Shown here: positions 1 to 10,094 of the stretch, one piece after another
Layout: the number at the start of each line of letters is the position of its first letter
How positions within the stretch are numbered: position 1 is the first letter of the stretch
IMG/VR virus record: IMGVR_UViG_3300020445_000983
Location: 1-64,000 of that record
Strand: one strand, 5' to 3'
Origin: a virus
DNA: 64,000 nucleotides
Notes under the pieces: generated by a model
What the model saw: only the letters and a program-made list of their open reading frames with translations
What the model was told of the DNA's origin: nothing
Database searches by the model: none
Position numbers and translations under genes: made by a program

Positions 1-2163
1 ACCATTATCATAATCTACAGTAAACTTATCTACTCCAGCACCAGTCTGTATATTAAATGACTTATTATCTGCTTTTAATAGGAAGTTATTATTAATCTCG
101 GACTGTCCTGCAGTAGTAACAGTTCCACCAATATGAACATTCTCAGAGAAACCTGCACCACCTGTTACGACAAGAGTACCTGAAGTGGTGGACGTGGATC
201 CTGTGTTAGTGGTAAGCCTGAGGTTACCAGCGATAAGAGGAGAGTCTGTGCCAGCGAATACTTCAGAGGTGTTAGTGGCAGAGTCGATAAACCTATATCC
301 ACCAGTGCCAGACCATAAATTAGCGTCTGCATAGTCCTCATCCCATCCAAAGAAACCTATCTTAGCAGATCCATCATAGTATCTGAACTCAATACCACGG
401 TCTTTATTATCATCTGAACCTGGAGCAGTATCACCACCCAGTGTAAAGATAGGATCATCAATTGTTACAACAGTTGAATTGACTGTAGTTGTTGTACCAT
501 CTACCTGTAGATCTCCACGGACTTGGACTAGACCTGAGACAGCATCGTCATCATTAGGGTCTAATACTAGAGTAGCATTAGTACTACTTAAAGTATTATC
601 TTGGAATTGGAATCCTTCTACATTAACTCTATTACTTACATTAGTAGCAGAGATTGTAATGTCATTATCTGCAGTAATGTTTAAAGCTGCAGTACCACCA
701 CCAGCATTTGTGATAGCAATATCAAATGTACGTGCAGATCCAGAGTTCTGAGTTGACTGGAATGTTAAGTTACCATCTCCAGTCTTGTCTAGAGTTTGGT
801 TAACCCCTCCGTCGAGGGTAATGTCCGCATCACTGAAATAAAGTCTCGCGTTAATATCAACCTCTCCAGCACCACCATCACCCGTATTATTTGCCCCAAA
901 CAGTAGATTACCACTGGTGTCATTAACTTTAACATAATTAAGATAGTTGAAACCTCTGTAACCAGTACTAGCATCTAGTTCCTGGTCTAATTCAAAGTCT
1001 TCCTTGGTGTTACCATCTGCAAAGGAAACTCTATTGTTTTGAAGTTGAGTGTTATCAACACCCATTAATGCAATACCTACGTGTCCGTTAGCATCAACAT
1101 CAAAATCTTCTTGTGCAAAGGATGCTAATCCTTTCTGTTCTACAGCAACGTTATTGCAGAATCTCCAACTGCCTACGGTACCACTGGTATGAGATGGTTC
1201 TCCACCACCAGCAGCGATGTCAGCAATTGCTTGATATACTTTACCGTTTGCTTCTAATATATCATATCTATTATATGTCGTACCAGCACCATAAGTATCG
1301 TACTTAGAACCTTCTGTTGCTGTGGCAATAGGTACGTTAGTTGCTGTAGTAATTCTTCCGTATCTGTCTACACTAAACTTAGTAGCGTTAACAGTTTCTG
1401 TACCATATGGTTCACCGTTTGAACCACCTGCAGCTACAGATGTTAATGATTCTGTATTATAGTTACCAACAACAACTGCTGTGTCAGCAAGATCAATAAA
1501 TGGGTTTGATGTAGCACCGTCAGCATCAGTAAATATAACTCTACCAGCACCACCAGTTAGATTTCTAGTTACAATTTGACCTGCAGCTTGTCTAGCAAGA
1601 AGACCAAATGTGGTCATTCCAGCAAGAGAAGTTAGATCAGTATCTAATGGCTGTGCGTCAATAATACCATATTCAGATAATGTAGCAGCAAGAGATGCAC
1701 CAACTACCCTACCTCTTGAGTCAACCGTAACCATCGAATAGTTAGCAGTTGCATCAGGATCATTAGGATTATAATGAGGTAATGATGGTACCAGTTCTAA
1801 GTTAGTAGCAAGGTTTAAGTTAGCAGAACCATCAAACGATCCTGAACCTGTAATAGAACCAGTTAATTGAATTTGGCGAGCGTTGGCAAGACGTGTCGCA
1901 GTAGAGGCATTACCAATTAATGTAGCAGATATTGCACCAGCTTCGAAGTTACCGTCAGCGTCTCTCTTTACAAGTGTATTAGCAGCGTTTGATTCTGTCT
2001 CCAAAGGTCGCTCATATTTTAATGAGTTCCAAGGGGTTACTCCATCACCAATTTTGATACGTGACGTATCTATCTCAATTCCAAGTTCTCCTTGGGCTAG
2101 TATAGGGTTAATGTTTGCCCACTGCTGAGCACCATCACGCCTTAATTGAATTCTATTTGCCAT
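1..2163 (-). CDS. Long tail fibre / structural protein, 3' end outside the window
   Basis: Absent from the ORF track (no stop in window). Hand translation from ATG 2163 gives MANRIQLRRDGAQQWANINPILAQGELGIEIDTSRIKIGDGVTPWNSLKY, an Mtd_N/hyaluronidase-N-like fibre start. The frame stays open to base 1 and includes GDLQVDGTTTTVNST and DRGIEFRY fibre motifs. Late promoter upstream. Confidence 0.85.
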   Translation of the reverse strand, partial: MANRIQLRRDGAQQWANINPILAQGELGIEIDTSRIKIGDGVTPWNSLKYERPLETESNAANTLVKRDADGNFEAGAISATLIGNASTATRLANARQIQLTGSITGSGSFDGSANLNLATNLELVPSLPHYNPNDPDATANYSMVTVDSRGRVVGASLAATLSEYGIIDAQPLDTDLTSLAGMTTFGLLARQAAGQIVTRNLTGGAGRVIFTDADGATSNPFIDLADTAVVVGNYNTESLTSVAAGGSNGEPYGTETVNATKFSVDRYGRITTATNVPIATATEGSKYDTYGAGTTYNRYDILEANGKVYQAIADIAAGGGEPSHTSGTVGSWRFCNNVAVEQKGLASFAQEDFDVDANGHVGIALMGVDNTQLQNNRVSFADGNTKEDFELDQELDASTGYRGFNYLNYVKVNDTSGNLLFGANNTGDGGAGEVDINARLYFSDADITLDGGVNQTLDKTGDGNLTFQSTQNSGSARTFDIAITNAGGGTAALNITADNDITISATNVSNRVNVEGFQFQDNTLSSTNATLVLDPNDDDAVSGLVQVRGDLQVDGTTTTVNSTVVTIDDPIFTLGGDTAPGSDDNKDRGIEFRYYDGSAKIGFFGWDEDYADANLWSGTGGYRFIDSATNTSEVFAGTDSPLIAGNLRLTTNTGSTSTTSGTLVVTGGAGFSENVHIGGTVTTAGQSEINNNFLLKADNKSFNIQTGAGVDKFTVDYDNG

Positions 2164-2206
2164 TGTTTATACTTTGAACCGTACGGATGGGTAGTAGCCT
2201 CTGAGA

Positions 2207-2214
2207 TATTTATA
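2207..2214 (-). promoter_or_regulatory. T4-type late promoter TATAAATA
   Basis: Exact gp55 late consensus ~45 nt upstream of the fibre ATG. Confidence 0.8.
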
Positions 2215-2219
2215 ACCGT

Positions 2220-2247
2220 AAAAAAGGGACTTCGTAGAGTCCCCTTT
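2220..2247 (-). terminator. Rho-independent terminator
   Basis: GGGACT-loop-AGTCCC stem followed by T-run on the minus strand, just after the 72-aa ORF stop. Confidence 0.8.
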
Positions 2248-2249
2248 GA

Positions 2250-2468
2250 TTATTCTGTTGTTTCTTCTTGAGTTACAGGTTCAGGAGACTCTTTTTGCTT
2301 AAGATAATTTAAGGTCTCCATTGCACCTTGCAACTTTAACATCTGTTGTTCGTTTTCTCGAACCTTATTTGCAAGTTGACCATTCTCTTCTCGGAAGGCA
2401 TTAAACCTATCGGTGAAATCCTTCAATAAATCCTCTTGGGACATAAATTCACTATCGGTTGCTGGCAT
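2250..2468 (-). CDS. Small coiled-coil hypothetical protein
   Basis: 72-aa ORF with heptad-like character, overlapping the upstream stop. Confidence 0.75.
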   Translation of the reverse strand: MPATDSEFMSQEDLLKDFTDRFNAFREENGQLANKVRENEQQMLKLQGAMETLNYLKQKESPEPVTQEETTE

Positions 2469-2691
2469 AATTAGACTCCATCATTTGTTTTAGTAAAGAC
2501 TTGATCTCAGTCATTTCAGATTTTAGCACATCTAGATCACTTTTCATAGTGTCGATACGCATTTCCTTTTTAGCTCTCGCTTTTTTCAAGAGACCAGTTG
2601 GGCTGTCTTTAGTATTTAGTACCGCTTGAGAATGGGTATCCCGAACCCATTCGGGGTGCCCTTCAACAAACTGAAATTTAGGTTTCGTCAT
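2452..2691 (-). CDS. Conserved small phage protein (VEGHP..VRD..S.AVLN type)
   Basis: Start moved to ATG MTKPKF. Motif and C-terminal coiled coil resemble the small gene usually found after the VrlC-like gene. Confidence 0.75.
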   Translation of the reverse strand: MTKPKFQFVEGHPEWVRDTHSQAVLNTKDSPTGLLKKARAKKEMRIDTMKSDLDVLKSEMTEIKSLLKQMMESNYASNR

Positions 2692-2851
2692 ATTCAGGAG
2701 CAAGAAAGGATTTATAATCGAGCTGCTCAGTGAGGAAGGCTATTTCCTCCTTCAGCTCTTTCTTTTCTTTTTCTAAGGTGGAGATTTCTTCTTGGTAGAT
2801 GATAATCATATCTTGAAGTTTAGAATTTTCCAGCTCTAAGTCCCAGTCCAT
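2678..2851 (-). CDS. Small coiled-coil hypothetical protein (57 aa)
   Basis: Hand-translated MDWDLELENSKLQDMIIIYQEEISTLEKEKKELKEEIAFLTEQLDYKSFLAPEYDET; fills the gap and follows a late promoter. Confidence 0.7.
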   Translation of the reverse strand: MDWDLELENSKLQDMIIIYQEEISTLEKEKKELKEEIAFLTEQLDYKSFLAPEYDET

Positions 2852-2893
2852 AACGAGACGGAACCCCTTGCACTAAAAGGGTTAAGTCTCAAT

Positions 2894-2901
2894 TATTTAT
2901 A
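2894..2901 (-). promoter_or_regulatory. T4-type late promoter TATAAATA overlapping the upstream stop codon
   Basis: Exact consensus. Confidence 0.7.
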
Positions 2902-5900
2902 GATCGGAGAGTGCAATCACTCTCAAGTTCTTAACTATAGGAACGAAAGATTGGTTGGAAGAACTAAGTAAGATCTTAACCTGAGCTATTGTAAACTCTG
3001 GTGTATCTAAAGAATATTCGAAGTCTCTATATAAAAGATCTTCGGTCTTCTGTATACTCTTATCTTCTAAACCATTACCATTGAAGTATGTAAAACCTAT
3101 TTCATCTACAGAGAGTGTAGTTCCGATAGGTACTATCTTATACATTACACGAATCTCAGTAGCAGGATGCCTCCAAGCTTCGAAACGTACCTTCAATGAG
3201 TTTGCTGGATTGAGCAAGTTAATAAGTTTGGTAATGTAGACTGCATCAGTCTTATCACCAGTATTCTTCTCAGCATCATTCTCACCAATTCCAAGGTTAT
3301 TAACCCTGTTCATAGTGGTGATTAGAGAACAACGGTCTGTATCAATAACAGGAGAAATACTCTTGTTAGTGGTTGTTAAAAGCATCTGAACGTTCAGAGA
3401 CTTAGAACCAGACAGTCTAGCGTCCTCGTTTACTTGAGAGCATACCAATTTAGGAGAATCAAAATAATTATCCTCATTGGCAATCATATCATAATATACA
3501 CCATCATTAATAAATGATGCCTCGTCAAGATTAGATCCATTTCTAATTGAGGTACCACTAACAATATTAATTCTAGGATCAATAGTTGTTTCAGGATACA
3601 CTGTCATTTGAAGTTGTGGATACACCTGATCGATCTGTACGTTCTGTGTAGCAGTTACATTACTACCACCAGTTGTAATACCAGATGTAGATACAGATGT
3701 TACAGCTAATTTATAGGAGTCTATAGTTGGAGCTCCAATTGCAGTGTGCAATTTGTTAATCTCCGTTAATGGAATACCATCTAAGTTATAACATTCAATA
3801 ATACTAGATGAACTATGTGCCAAAGCAGCAGTTCCACCTAATCCTCTTGAACCTGAAGGTAGAGTTATGATCTTACCGTCAGCAGAGATAGCACTATACT
3901 CACAGATCTCCCAATGCTGTGTTGGAATCTCAGGATCCCTAATAATAATAAAACCTTTGTTTGATGATCCAATTACTTCACCATTAATAATGGTATGGAA
4001 AGCAGCTGCATCAGCAACGTGAAGGGAGAATGTACTAGACACACCATCCGTGGCAGTAATACCATTGGTATGATATGCAGAGTCAATTACTGTTGGTGAG
4101 ACTTCAGAAACAACTCCTTCTAACTTAACTGAGTTAGAAACATCGTGCATACAATGGTTTGCGTGACGTACTGTAATTTCTGTTGCCTTATTGTAGTAAG
4201 AAATTGGAGCAGAAGGATACCTATTAATATCATCGCCACCAGCAACAACACCACTGGAAGCGATGGTACCCGATGCAACGGTTACTGAATCTACAACTTG
4301 TGTGATTGGATCTGCGTCAGCGAATGTACCAGTTACAGACTTGATAGTTACCTTAGAGGTACCAGCATCCCAAGCAGTAACGGTACCAGATGCACCAGAT
4401 CCATTAGTAATTTGTTCAGCTAACTGGAATGTACCAGATACACCAGTTAACGTAATCTCAGCAGTTGATCTAGAAGATACCAAACGATAAATGTATGTTG
4501 AACCTGATGAAACACCTTGACGGAATGCTCCGACTAGATCATCAAGAATCAAATATGCATTAGATGAACCAGATACACCCTGTACAACCTCTCTGACAAT
4601 AGCAGATGGTGCAGGTGAAGTATCAGTCTGTGTAAGTTCAGCACCGATAGTGAAGTTAGCTAAGTGATTATCAAGGATAACCTTAACTTCTGGTTTAGTA
4701 GTCTCAACTGGATTGAGTCTTAATGGAGCAATACCACCATTACCAATTGCTAGTTCAGCATTATTGAACCACGCTGTACCAGTCTGGTTTGGTGTAAACT
4801 CCGCTTTATATAATATAAACTTAAGGTCTTCATACTGGTCAGCAGTCCAAGTAGATGCGTTCTGTGACTTGAATAGTACACCAGCATAAGGCTGTTCAGA
4901 TATGGTTCTATCACTGGTTACATCGTCTTCACCCATTCGAGAGATCCAAAGCTTATACTCGTTGGAGTCAGATAGAACAACAACGCAATAATCACGATTC
5001 TCTGTAGTATAAACTGGAGAAGGGAAGGTAAACTTCGTAGGAATTGTACCATTTTCTGATAGATTTATTTGGCTAGGAAGTAGAGTAACGTCAGAGAAAG
5101 CAAGAACTTTAGTGGTAGGATAACCATTAGCCATTTCCCTAACCTGTACCGAGACAGGAATTCTTTCATCTCTTGTTCTGAAGTAAAGGTCTACTGATGT
5201 TATGAATGCACCACCCTTAGATTCAACCAAGAATGATTGTGCAAGAGGGTCATACCAACCTGTGTCTCTAACACTGGTTGTTGTAGCATTAACAACTCTA
5301 TCCTGAGTTACTGTATCTCTTACAATATCTGCATTTCTAACTGCAAGGATGGTCTGTTGCTTGGTCTCGATAACTCCAGATGCAACATAATTGTGTTGTG
5401 CAGCAGAATCAACTTCACCAGGTACTCTAGAGTCAGTAGCAGAAGTGGTAATACGTACAACACGAGTACCAGTTGCAAATCTTGGGTTAGTAGATACAGC
5501 AGGATTAGGAATCCAGATAATACCATCAAGGTTACCATTAGTATCTGATATCAAACGCTTAGGTTTAACAACAGAACGAGCACCAGAGGTAGAACCAACT
5601 AGGATCTCACCCTCTAATGGGTTACCATAATATGCACCAGCAACTGTCTCAGACATTGTTTGTATATCAATGTTGAGTAATGGTGTAGTAGATGCATAAG
5701 ATGTTGGTAGATCTGAAGTATCGTATGGTGATTTACCATCATCAAATCCTGTCTCAGGACTGATCAACTTCAATCTACATCCAGATGTCTGTCCAACAAC
5801 TGTCTCTCCAACAACATAAGGAGTATCATTTGTTCTAATATCCTCGACAGTATTCTTAATAACCTCAATCAACTTAGGAGTTGTATAGAAGTTAATATTA

Positions 5901-8900
5901 ACGTTATCAATAAATGCGTAGAACCTAGTATTAGGCTTCAAACGCTGAATCTTATATGCAATATTTCTTGAACGTACAAATGGTACTACTGTTCTTTCAA
6001 TAGTTCTATCACCTAATGACTGTCTGTCAATACGTGGTGTAACACGAGTCCTTAAACCAGAACGTACTTGTGAACTTGTAGTTCTTGTAGTTGTAGTATG
6101 AATCCATCTGATTCCTGGTCCTCTAAAGAACTGAGAGTTAGTTGAAGATGTAGAAGCAGACCACTGTGTCCTCCAAGAGTTCCACTGTGTAGGAACAAGA
6201 CCTGTGTTAACATCTCCACCAAGACGTTGAATCTGTGCGTTGAAGTCACCTTCTATATTAACAACACGATCTCCTGCACGTCTTGTATCAATCCAGTCAT
6301 CTGATGATGGATATAAATCAAGTCTACCAATATAAGCAAACACGTTGAATGGGTTTACATTCTCAACACGTGATGCATATGGTTGTTTAATAAAGACAGT
6401 TTCAGTATATGGAAGTAATATTGTACCTGTTTCAGTTAAGGTTACACCAGAAGAACCAGCAGCATTATATTTTAAAGATACGTTAGTAGTATAATGAGAA
6501 GGACGTAGTGTACCTTCCTTAAAGTCTAATGCAGCAGAGAAATCTTCGTGTGTCTTTGCTGTAGAGTCGAAAGAAGTAAAGTTGTCAACTAAGAAACCAT
6601 TCTTAAATTTATCGAAACCATCAGCATCCTTAATAGGTAATGATGATGTTTCTAACTCAAGCATTGACAGTGAGGTATAGAACTCTAATTGGTCAACACG
6701 TTTTTCAATAGCACCGATATCACGCATAGTGAATCGTCTATTATTCTCTCTAGAAATAGCAACATCTTCAGGACCATATCCATATGGTTTGTGAACCATC
6801 GTTGCTAGTAACATAGCATTATCAATATTTGCTGGAAGTTCACCAGCTTCACCAGATATACCCTTAACGATCTTAAATGTTTGCTGATCAGTTAGGAATA
6901 GTTTATCTGTACGTCCAAGATAGAAATCATAGTCACAACGGAAGTCAGACTCTGGCTTAGGAATGTCAATAATAGTAGCGTTATTTGCAACACCACCTGA
7001 CGCAAATCCCCTATCTTTAAAGTCTAAGGATGCACAGTTAACAAAGTAAGGTGCTGTTACAGTACCTGAACCAGATAGTACAGGTGTTACAGCAGGTCTA
7101 AAGTCAAGAACATCTCTTAATTGCTTAGTCTCACCATCCTGTGTGAATGATGGGATCTTATCATAATCAATACCAATGTAAGATTCAGAAGCAAAGTAGT
7201 CACCAGTTGTTTCGTGAACGAATCTATCAAATACAATCATCAATTTCCTTAGAGGTTTGGTTGATGATGCATATCTAATTAGTTTACCAATATCATAATA
7301 GTGACCTTGCTGGTTAGAATCAAGGAAGAATGATGGAGTAATATTCTTACTACCATTAACAATAGATCCTTCAGCATCATTAACAATACCAGTTAATGTT
7401 GCATCGTTAGCATCAAAACCACGTACACTCTCACCTAAGAGGAAGAACTGATCGTTCTCATATACGTAATGACAGACATACGAAACAGGGTTAAAGTTGA
7501 TAACACGAGCTTTTGCTTTGGATGTAAGTCCCTCAATGATAGTTCCTTTTTTAAAGATTGTTGCGTCCTGGAATGTTGCATTAGGAATCTGTGCAGCATT
7601 ATCATCGAGTGACTCGTAGACGGCGTGTACTTTGTAGACATCAGTAGCTCCCAATGAAATTTCTTCGTCTTCAATACGGGTACCATAAAGTGAACCGTAT
7701 GACAGACCATATTTCTGAGCATCAGAAGAAATAGCGGTTCTCTCAACCTTCATTACTTCCATCTCAGTAGCATTCTTTAACTTCTTCTCTGCCTGGTTCT
7801 TGGAAACAGATGTATGTAAACGACAAGAAGTGATACCTGTCAAACCTGTAACCGTTAGAGAGGTTCTAGGTGTACCAGTAGTGTTAAATGTTAAGTTAGG
7901 TTCTATATCAATAGTTGTACCAGTAGCAACAGATCCTCCAAGAACTGTCAAACTATAATGATCCTTATCATATGAAAGGAACTGTTCATCTGCTGGTAGT
8001 GAGATCGTAAAGTCACTAGCACCAGTAACAGTTATATCATCAAAGGTACGTGCAATGATTGCTGATTCGTCAGCAATAGATTTAATAGACTCTTTAGGCA
8101 TCTCAATCAGCATATCTGCTGTTGCCTTATCATATATCTGTGCTCTCGTTCTAATAAGTGCAGGGAAATCTCCATTACCTACACCAGTGGCAGTACCAGA
8201 TGCTGTTAAAGCACTAGATACTTCACCCTGGATACTACCACCAGTAGTATCAATAGGGTTTATAGTGTATGTATTTGTACCATCAGGAGTTAAGATATCA
8301 CCAGGACGTAGGTCGATGGTGAAGTTTGACTTGGTACCAGTAAGTGTACCAGTATTAATATTGAATGATGTACCTGAAATAACTCTTACATCATCAAGTA
8401 CTAAGTCTCCAGAGAAGATGATTGCGTTAGTATCAGGATCTCTACCTGTTACACCTTTAGCATCAGTAAGCTGGAACTGGAAATGGTTGGTTAATGAACC
8501 TACTTCAACACCATCTCTCTCAATTATTTCACTATCACGGAATGTACCATAGACCTGGTACACCATAAAGATATCATTGTTAACAACATCATTAACAACA
8601 AATGCTTTTGCTTTTGATGTTCTTCCACGAATGACAGCACCCTGACTCATTGTGGCATTCTGATTCAAATGGAATGCTGTTAATGGTTGAATATCAAATA
8701 GATAAGTCTTATAGACACAATCTGCTGCAGTTACATTAGTACCACTATGATATTCAAATGCAGCAGTACGAGCATATCCAACGATCTGTCCTGAAGCATT
8801 CAAACCATTAGGTCTTACATCACGAAATTCAAGTACCTGATAGTTAGCAGTAATACTATCACCATTAAGAATAGGATTACCTTTAATATTATTCATCAAC

Positions 8901-10090
8901 ATATAGTTACCGAGTTCGAACGGTACTATAGAGTTCTGAAGTGCTTTAGTTTCTCTTGGTTTTTCTAAGTCTAGGTAGCTAGGAGTTAAAGTTTCAACTT
9001 CATATCCTCTTACATATGCTTTACCTGGACTTGCTTCTAGTGCATAGTAGGCAGAACTAGATGTGGTACCCTCTTTAGATACTTCACCTGGAAGATATAC
9101 ACCACCATTCAAACCATCATTCTGATGCTCTCTTACACGTACATCAAAATCTCTTACTGTATAATCACCAGACTCATCAAAAGTACGACGTGCTAATTCT
9201 TTAGCAAATTCATTATATGCAGTTCTGTCTACGAAACTTTCTATAGTTGCATTATTAATACGCAACAATTCTAAGAAGTTCTTATCAGTATCGTCATCGA
9301 TTACCTTCTTAGTTAAGGTAGCACGTACCCTAAAACGGTGTCCACCTGGAGCAGAGTAGTTAGATGTACCAGTCGCATTATCATTCAGACTAGGATCATC
9401 TTCAGGAGTTACAATAGATTCAAATACTTCTAAACCAATTCTATAAGATGGGTTGTTTGTATACTGATCAAGTATGATTGTTTGTTCTGCAATATCAACG
9501 AAATAACCACGAATGAAATAAACACCATTAGCTACTGTAGCAGTAGAACCAACTGCTGTTGCTTCTGTAGGAAGTAACTGTGCAAATGGAGTTCCGATCT
9601 CAATTAGTGTACTACCAAACGTTAATTCTGCATCGCAAACTAACTGTTCATTGTTTACGAACGTATTGGTATCACTATCGTCACCACCAGAAGTAATGTA
9701 CTTAAGATATAGTGTGATATAACCACGATCAGATGTAGTAGCTGATATAGAAGATATAATTTTTGCTTTAATTCCTGTAGTTAGACCAGTTATAATACGT
9801 CCATCTAACTGTTCACGATATAATTCAACACTTGTACCTAAGAAATTACCTTGTAGTAGAACTGCTTTAGCATCTAAGTCATAACCAACCTGACCAGGAA
9901 TGACCATTGCGCCATCCTTGAACATATGAGATCCCATCGACTCCAGCTGATTCTGCAGAAGGGATTGCATCGTAGTAAGTTCCCTAGCTTGGATAGGATA
10001 TCCAGGTCTATAGAGAACTTTATAGAAGTTACTTTCCTTATTGAAATCATCAAAATAAGGAGATATATTCAGATTGGTATTCTGTGGCAT
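2897..10090 (-). CDS. Large virion structural protein, DUF4815 / VrlC-like
   Basis: 2397 aa; N-terminus NLNISPYFDDF..NFYKVLYRPGYPIQARELTTMQS, ELARRTFDESGDY, NGFLVDNF and DPLAQSF motifs; located next to gp8. Confidence 0.88.
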   Translation of the reverse strand: MPQNTNLNISPYFDDFNKESNFYKVLYRPGYPIQARELTTMQSLLQNQLESMGSHMFKDGAMVIPGQVGYDLDAKAVLLQGNFLGTSVELYREQLDGRIITGLTTGIKAKIISSISATTSDRGYITLYLKYITSGGDDSDTNTFVNNEQLVCDAELTFGSTLIEIGTPFAQLLPTEATAVGSTATVANGVYFIRGYFVDIAEQTIILDQYTNNPSYRIGLEVFESIVTPEDDPSLNDNATGTSNYSAPGGHRFRVRATLTKKVIDDDTDKNFLELLRINNATIESFVDRTAYNEFAKELARRTFDESGDYTVRDFDVRVREHQNDGLNGGVYLPGEVSKEGTTSSSAYYALEASPGKAYVRGYEVETLTPSYLDLEKPRETKALQNSIVPFELGNYMLMNNIKGNPILNGDSITANYQVLEFRDVRPNGLNASGQIVGYARTAAFEYHSGTNVTAADCVYKTYLFDIQPLTAFHLNQNATMSQGAVIRGRTSKAKAFVVNDVVNNDIFMVYQVYGTFRDSEIIERDGVEVGSLTNHFQFQLTDAKGVTGRDPDTNAIIFSGDLVLDDVRVISGTSFNINTGTLTGTKSNFTIDLRPGDILTPDGTNTYTINPIDTTGGSIQGEVSSALTASGTATGVGNGDFPALIRTRAQIYDKATADMLIEMPKESIKSIADESAIIARTFDDITVTGASDFTISLPADEQFLSYDKDHYSLTVLGGSVATGTTIDIEPNLTFNTTGTPRTSLTVTGLTGITSCRLHTSVSKNQAEKKLKNATEMEVMKVERTAISSDAQKYGLSYGSLYGTRIEDEEISLGATDVYKVHAVYESLDDNAAQIPNATFQDATIFKKGTIIEGLTSKAKARVINFNPVSYVCHYVYENDQFFLLGESVRGFDANDATLTGIVNDAEGSIVNGSKNITPSFFLDSNQQGHYYDIGKLIRYASSTKPLRKLMIVFDRFVHETTGDYFASESYIGIDYDKIPSFTQDGETKQLRDVLDFRPAVTPVLSGSGTVTAPYFVNCASLDFKDRGFASGGVANNATIIDIPKPESDFRCDYDFYLGRTDKLFLTDQQTFKIVKGISGEAGELPANIDNAMLLATMVHKPYGYGPEDVAISRENNRRFTMRDIGAIEKRVDQLEFYTSLSMLELETSSLPIKDADGFDKFKNGFLVDNFTSFDSTAKTHEDFSAALDFKEGTLRPSHYTTNVSLKYNAAGSSGVTLTETGTILLPYTETVFIKQPYASRVENVNPFNVFAYIGRLDLYPSSDDWIDTRRAGDRVVNIEGDFNAQIQRLGGDVNTGLVPTQWNSWRTQWSASTSSTNSQFFRGPGIRWIHTTTTRTTSSQVRSGLRTRVTPRIDRQSLGDRTIERTVVPFVRSRNIAYKIQRLKPNTRFYAFIDNVNINFYTTPKLIEVIKNTVEDIRTNDTPYVVGETVVGQTSGCRLKLISPETGFDDGKSPYDTSDLPTSYASTTPLLNIDIQTMSETVAGAYYGNPLEGEILVGSTSGARSVVKPKRLISDTNGNLDGIIWIPNPAVSTNPRFATGTRVVRITTSATDSRVPGEVDSAAQHNYVASGVIETKQQTILAVRNADIVRDTVTQDRVVNATTTSVRDTGWYDPLAQSFLVESKGGAFITSVDLYFRTRDERIPVSVQVREMANGYPTTKVLAFSDVTLLPSQINLSENGTIPTKFTFPSPVYTTENRDYCVVVLSDSNEYKLWISRMGEDDVTSDRTISEQPYAGVLFKSQNASTWTADQYEDLKFILYKAEFTPNQTGTAWFNNAELAIGNGGIAPLRLNPVETTKPEVKVILDNHLANFTIGAELTQTDTSPAPSAIVREVVQGVSGSSNAYLILDDLVGAFRQGVSSGSTYIYRLVSSRSTAEITLTGVSGTFQLAEQITNGSGASGTVTAWDAGTSKVTIKSVTGTFADADPITQVVDSVTVASGTIASSGVVAGGDDINRYPSAPISYYNKATEITVRHANHCMHDVSNSVKLEGVVSEVSPTVIDSAYHTNGITATDGVSSTFSLHVADAAAFHTIINGEVIGSSNKGFIIIRDPEIPTQHWEICEYSAISADGKIITLPSGSRGLGGTAALAHSSSSIIECYNLDGIPLTEINKLHTAIGAPTIDSYKLAVTSVSTSGITTGGSNVTATQNVQIDQVYPQLQMTVYPETTIDPRINIVSGTSIRNGSNLDEASFINDGVYYDMIANEDNYFDSPKLVCSQVNEDARLSGSKSLNVQMLLTTTNKSISPVIDTDRCSLITTMNRVNNLGIGENDAEKNTGDKTDAVYITKLINLLNPANSLKVRFEAWRHPATEIRVMYKIVPIGTTLSVDEIGFTYFNGNGLEDKSIQKTEDLLYRDFEYSLDTPEFTIAQVKILLSSSNQSFVPIVKNLRVIALSDL

Positions 10091-10094
10091 TGTT

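Noticed and set aside
2862-2883. Hairpin after the DUF4815-like gene as a terminator
   Set aside because: Imperfect stem with no U-tract, and it lies downstream of a late promoter.
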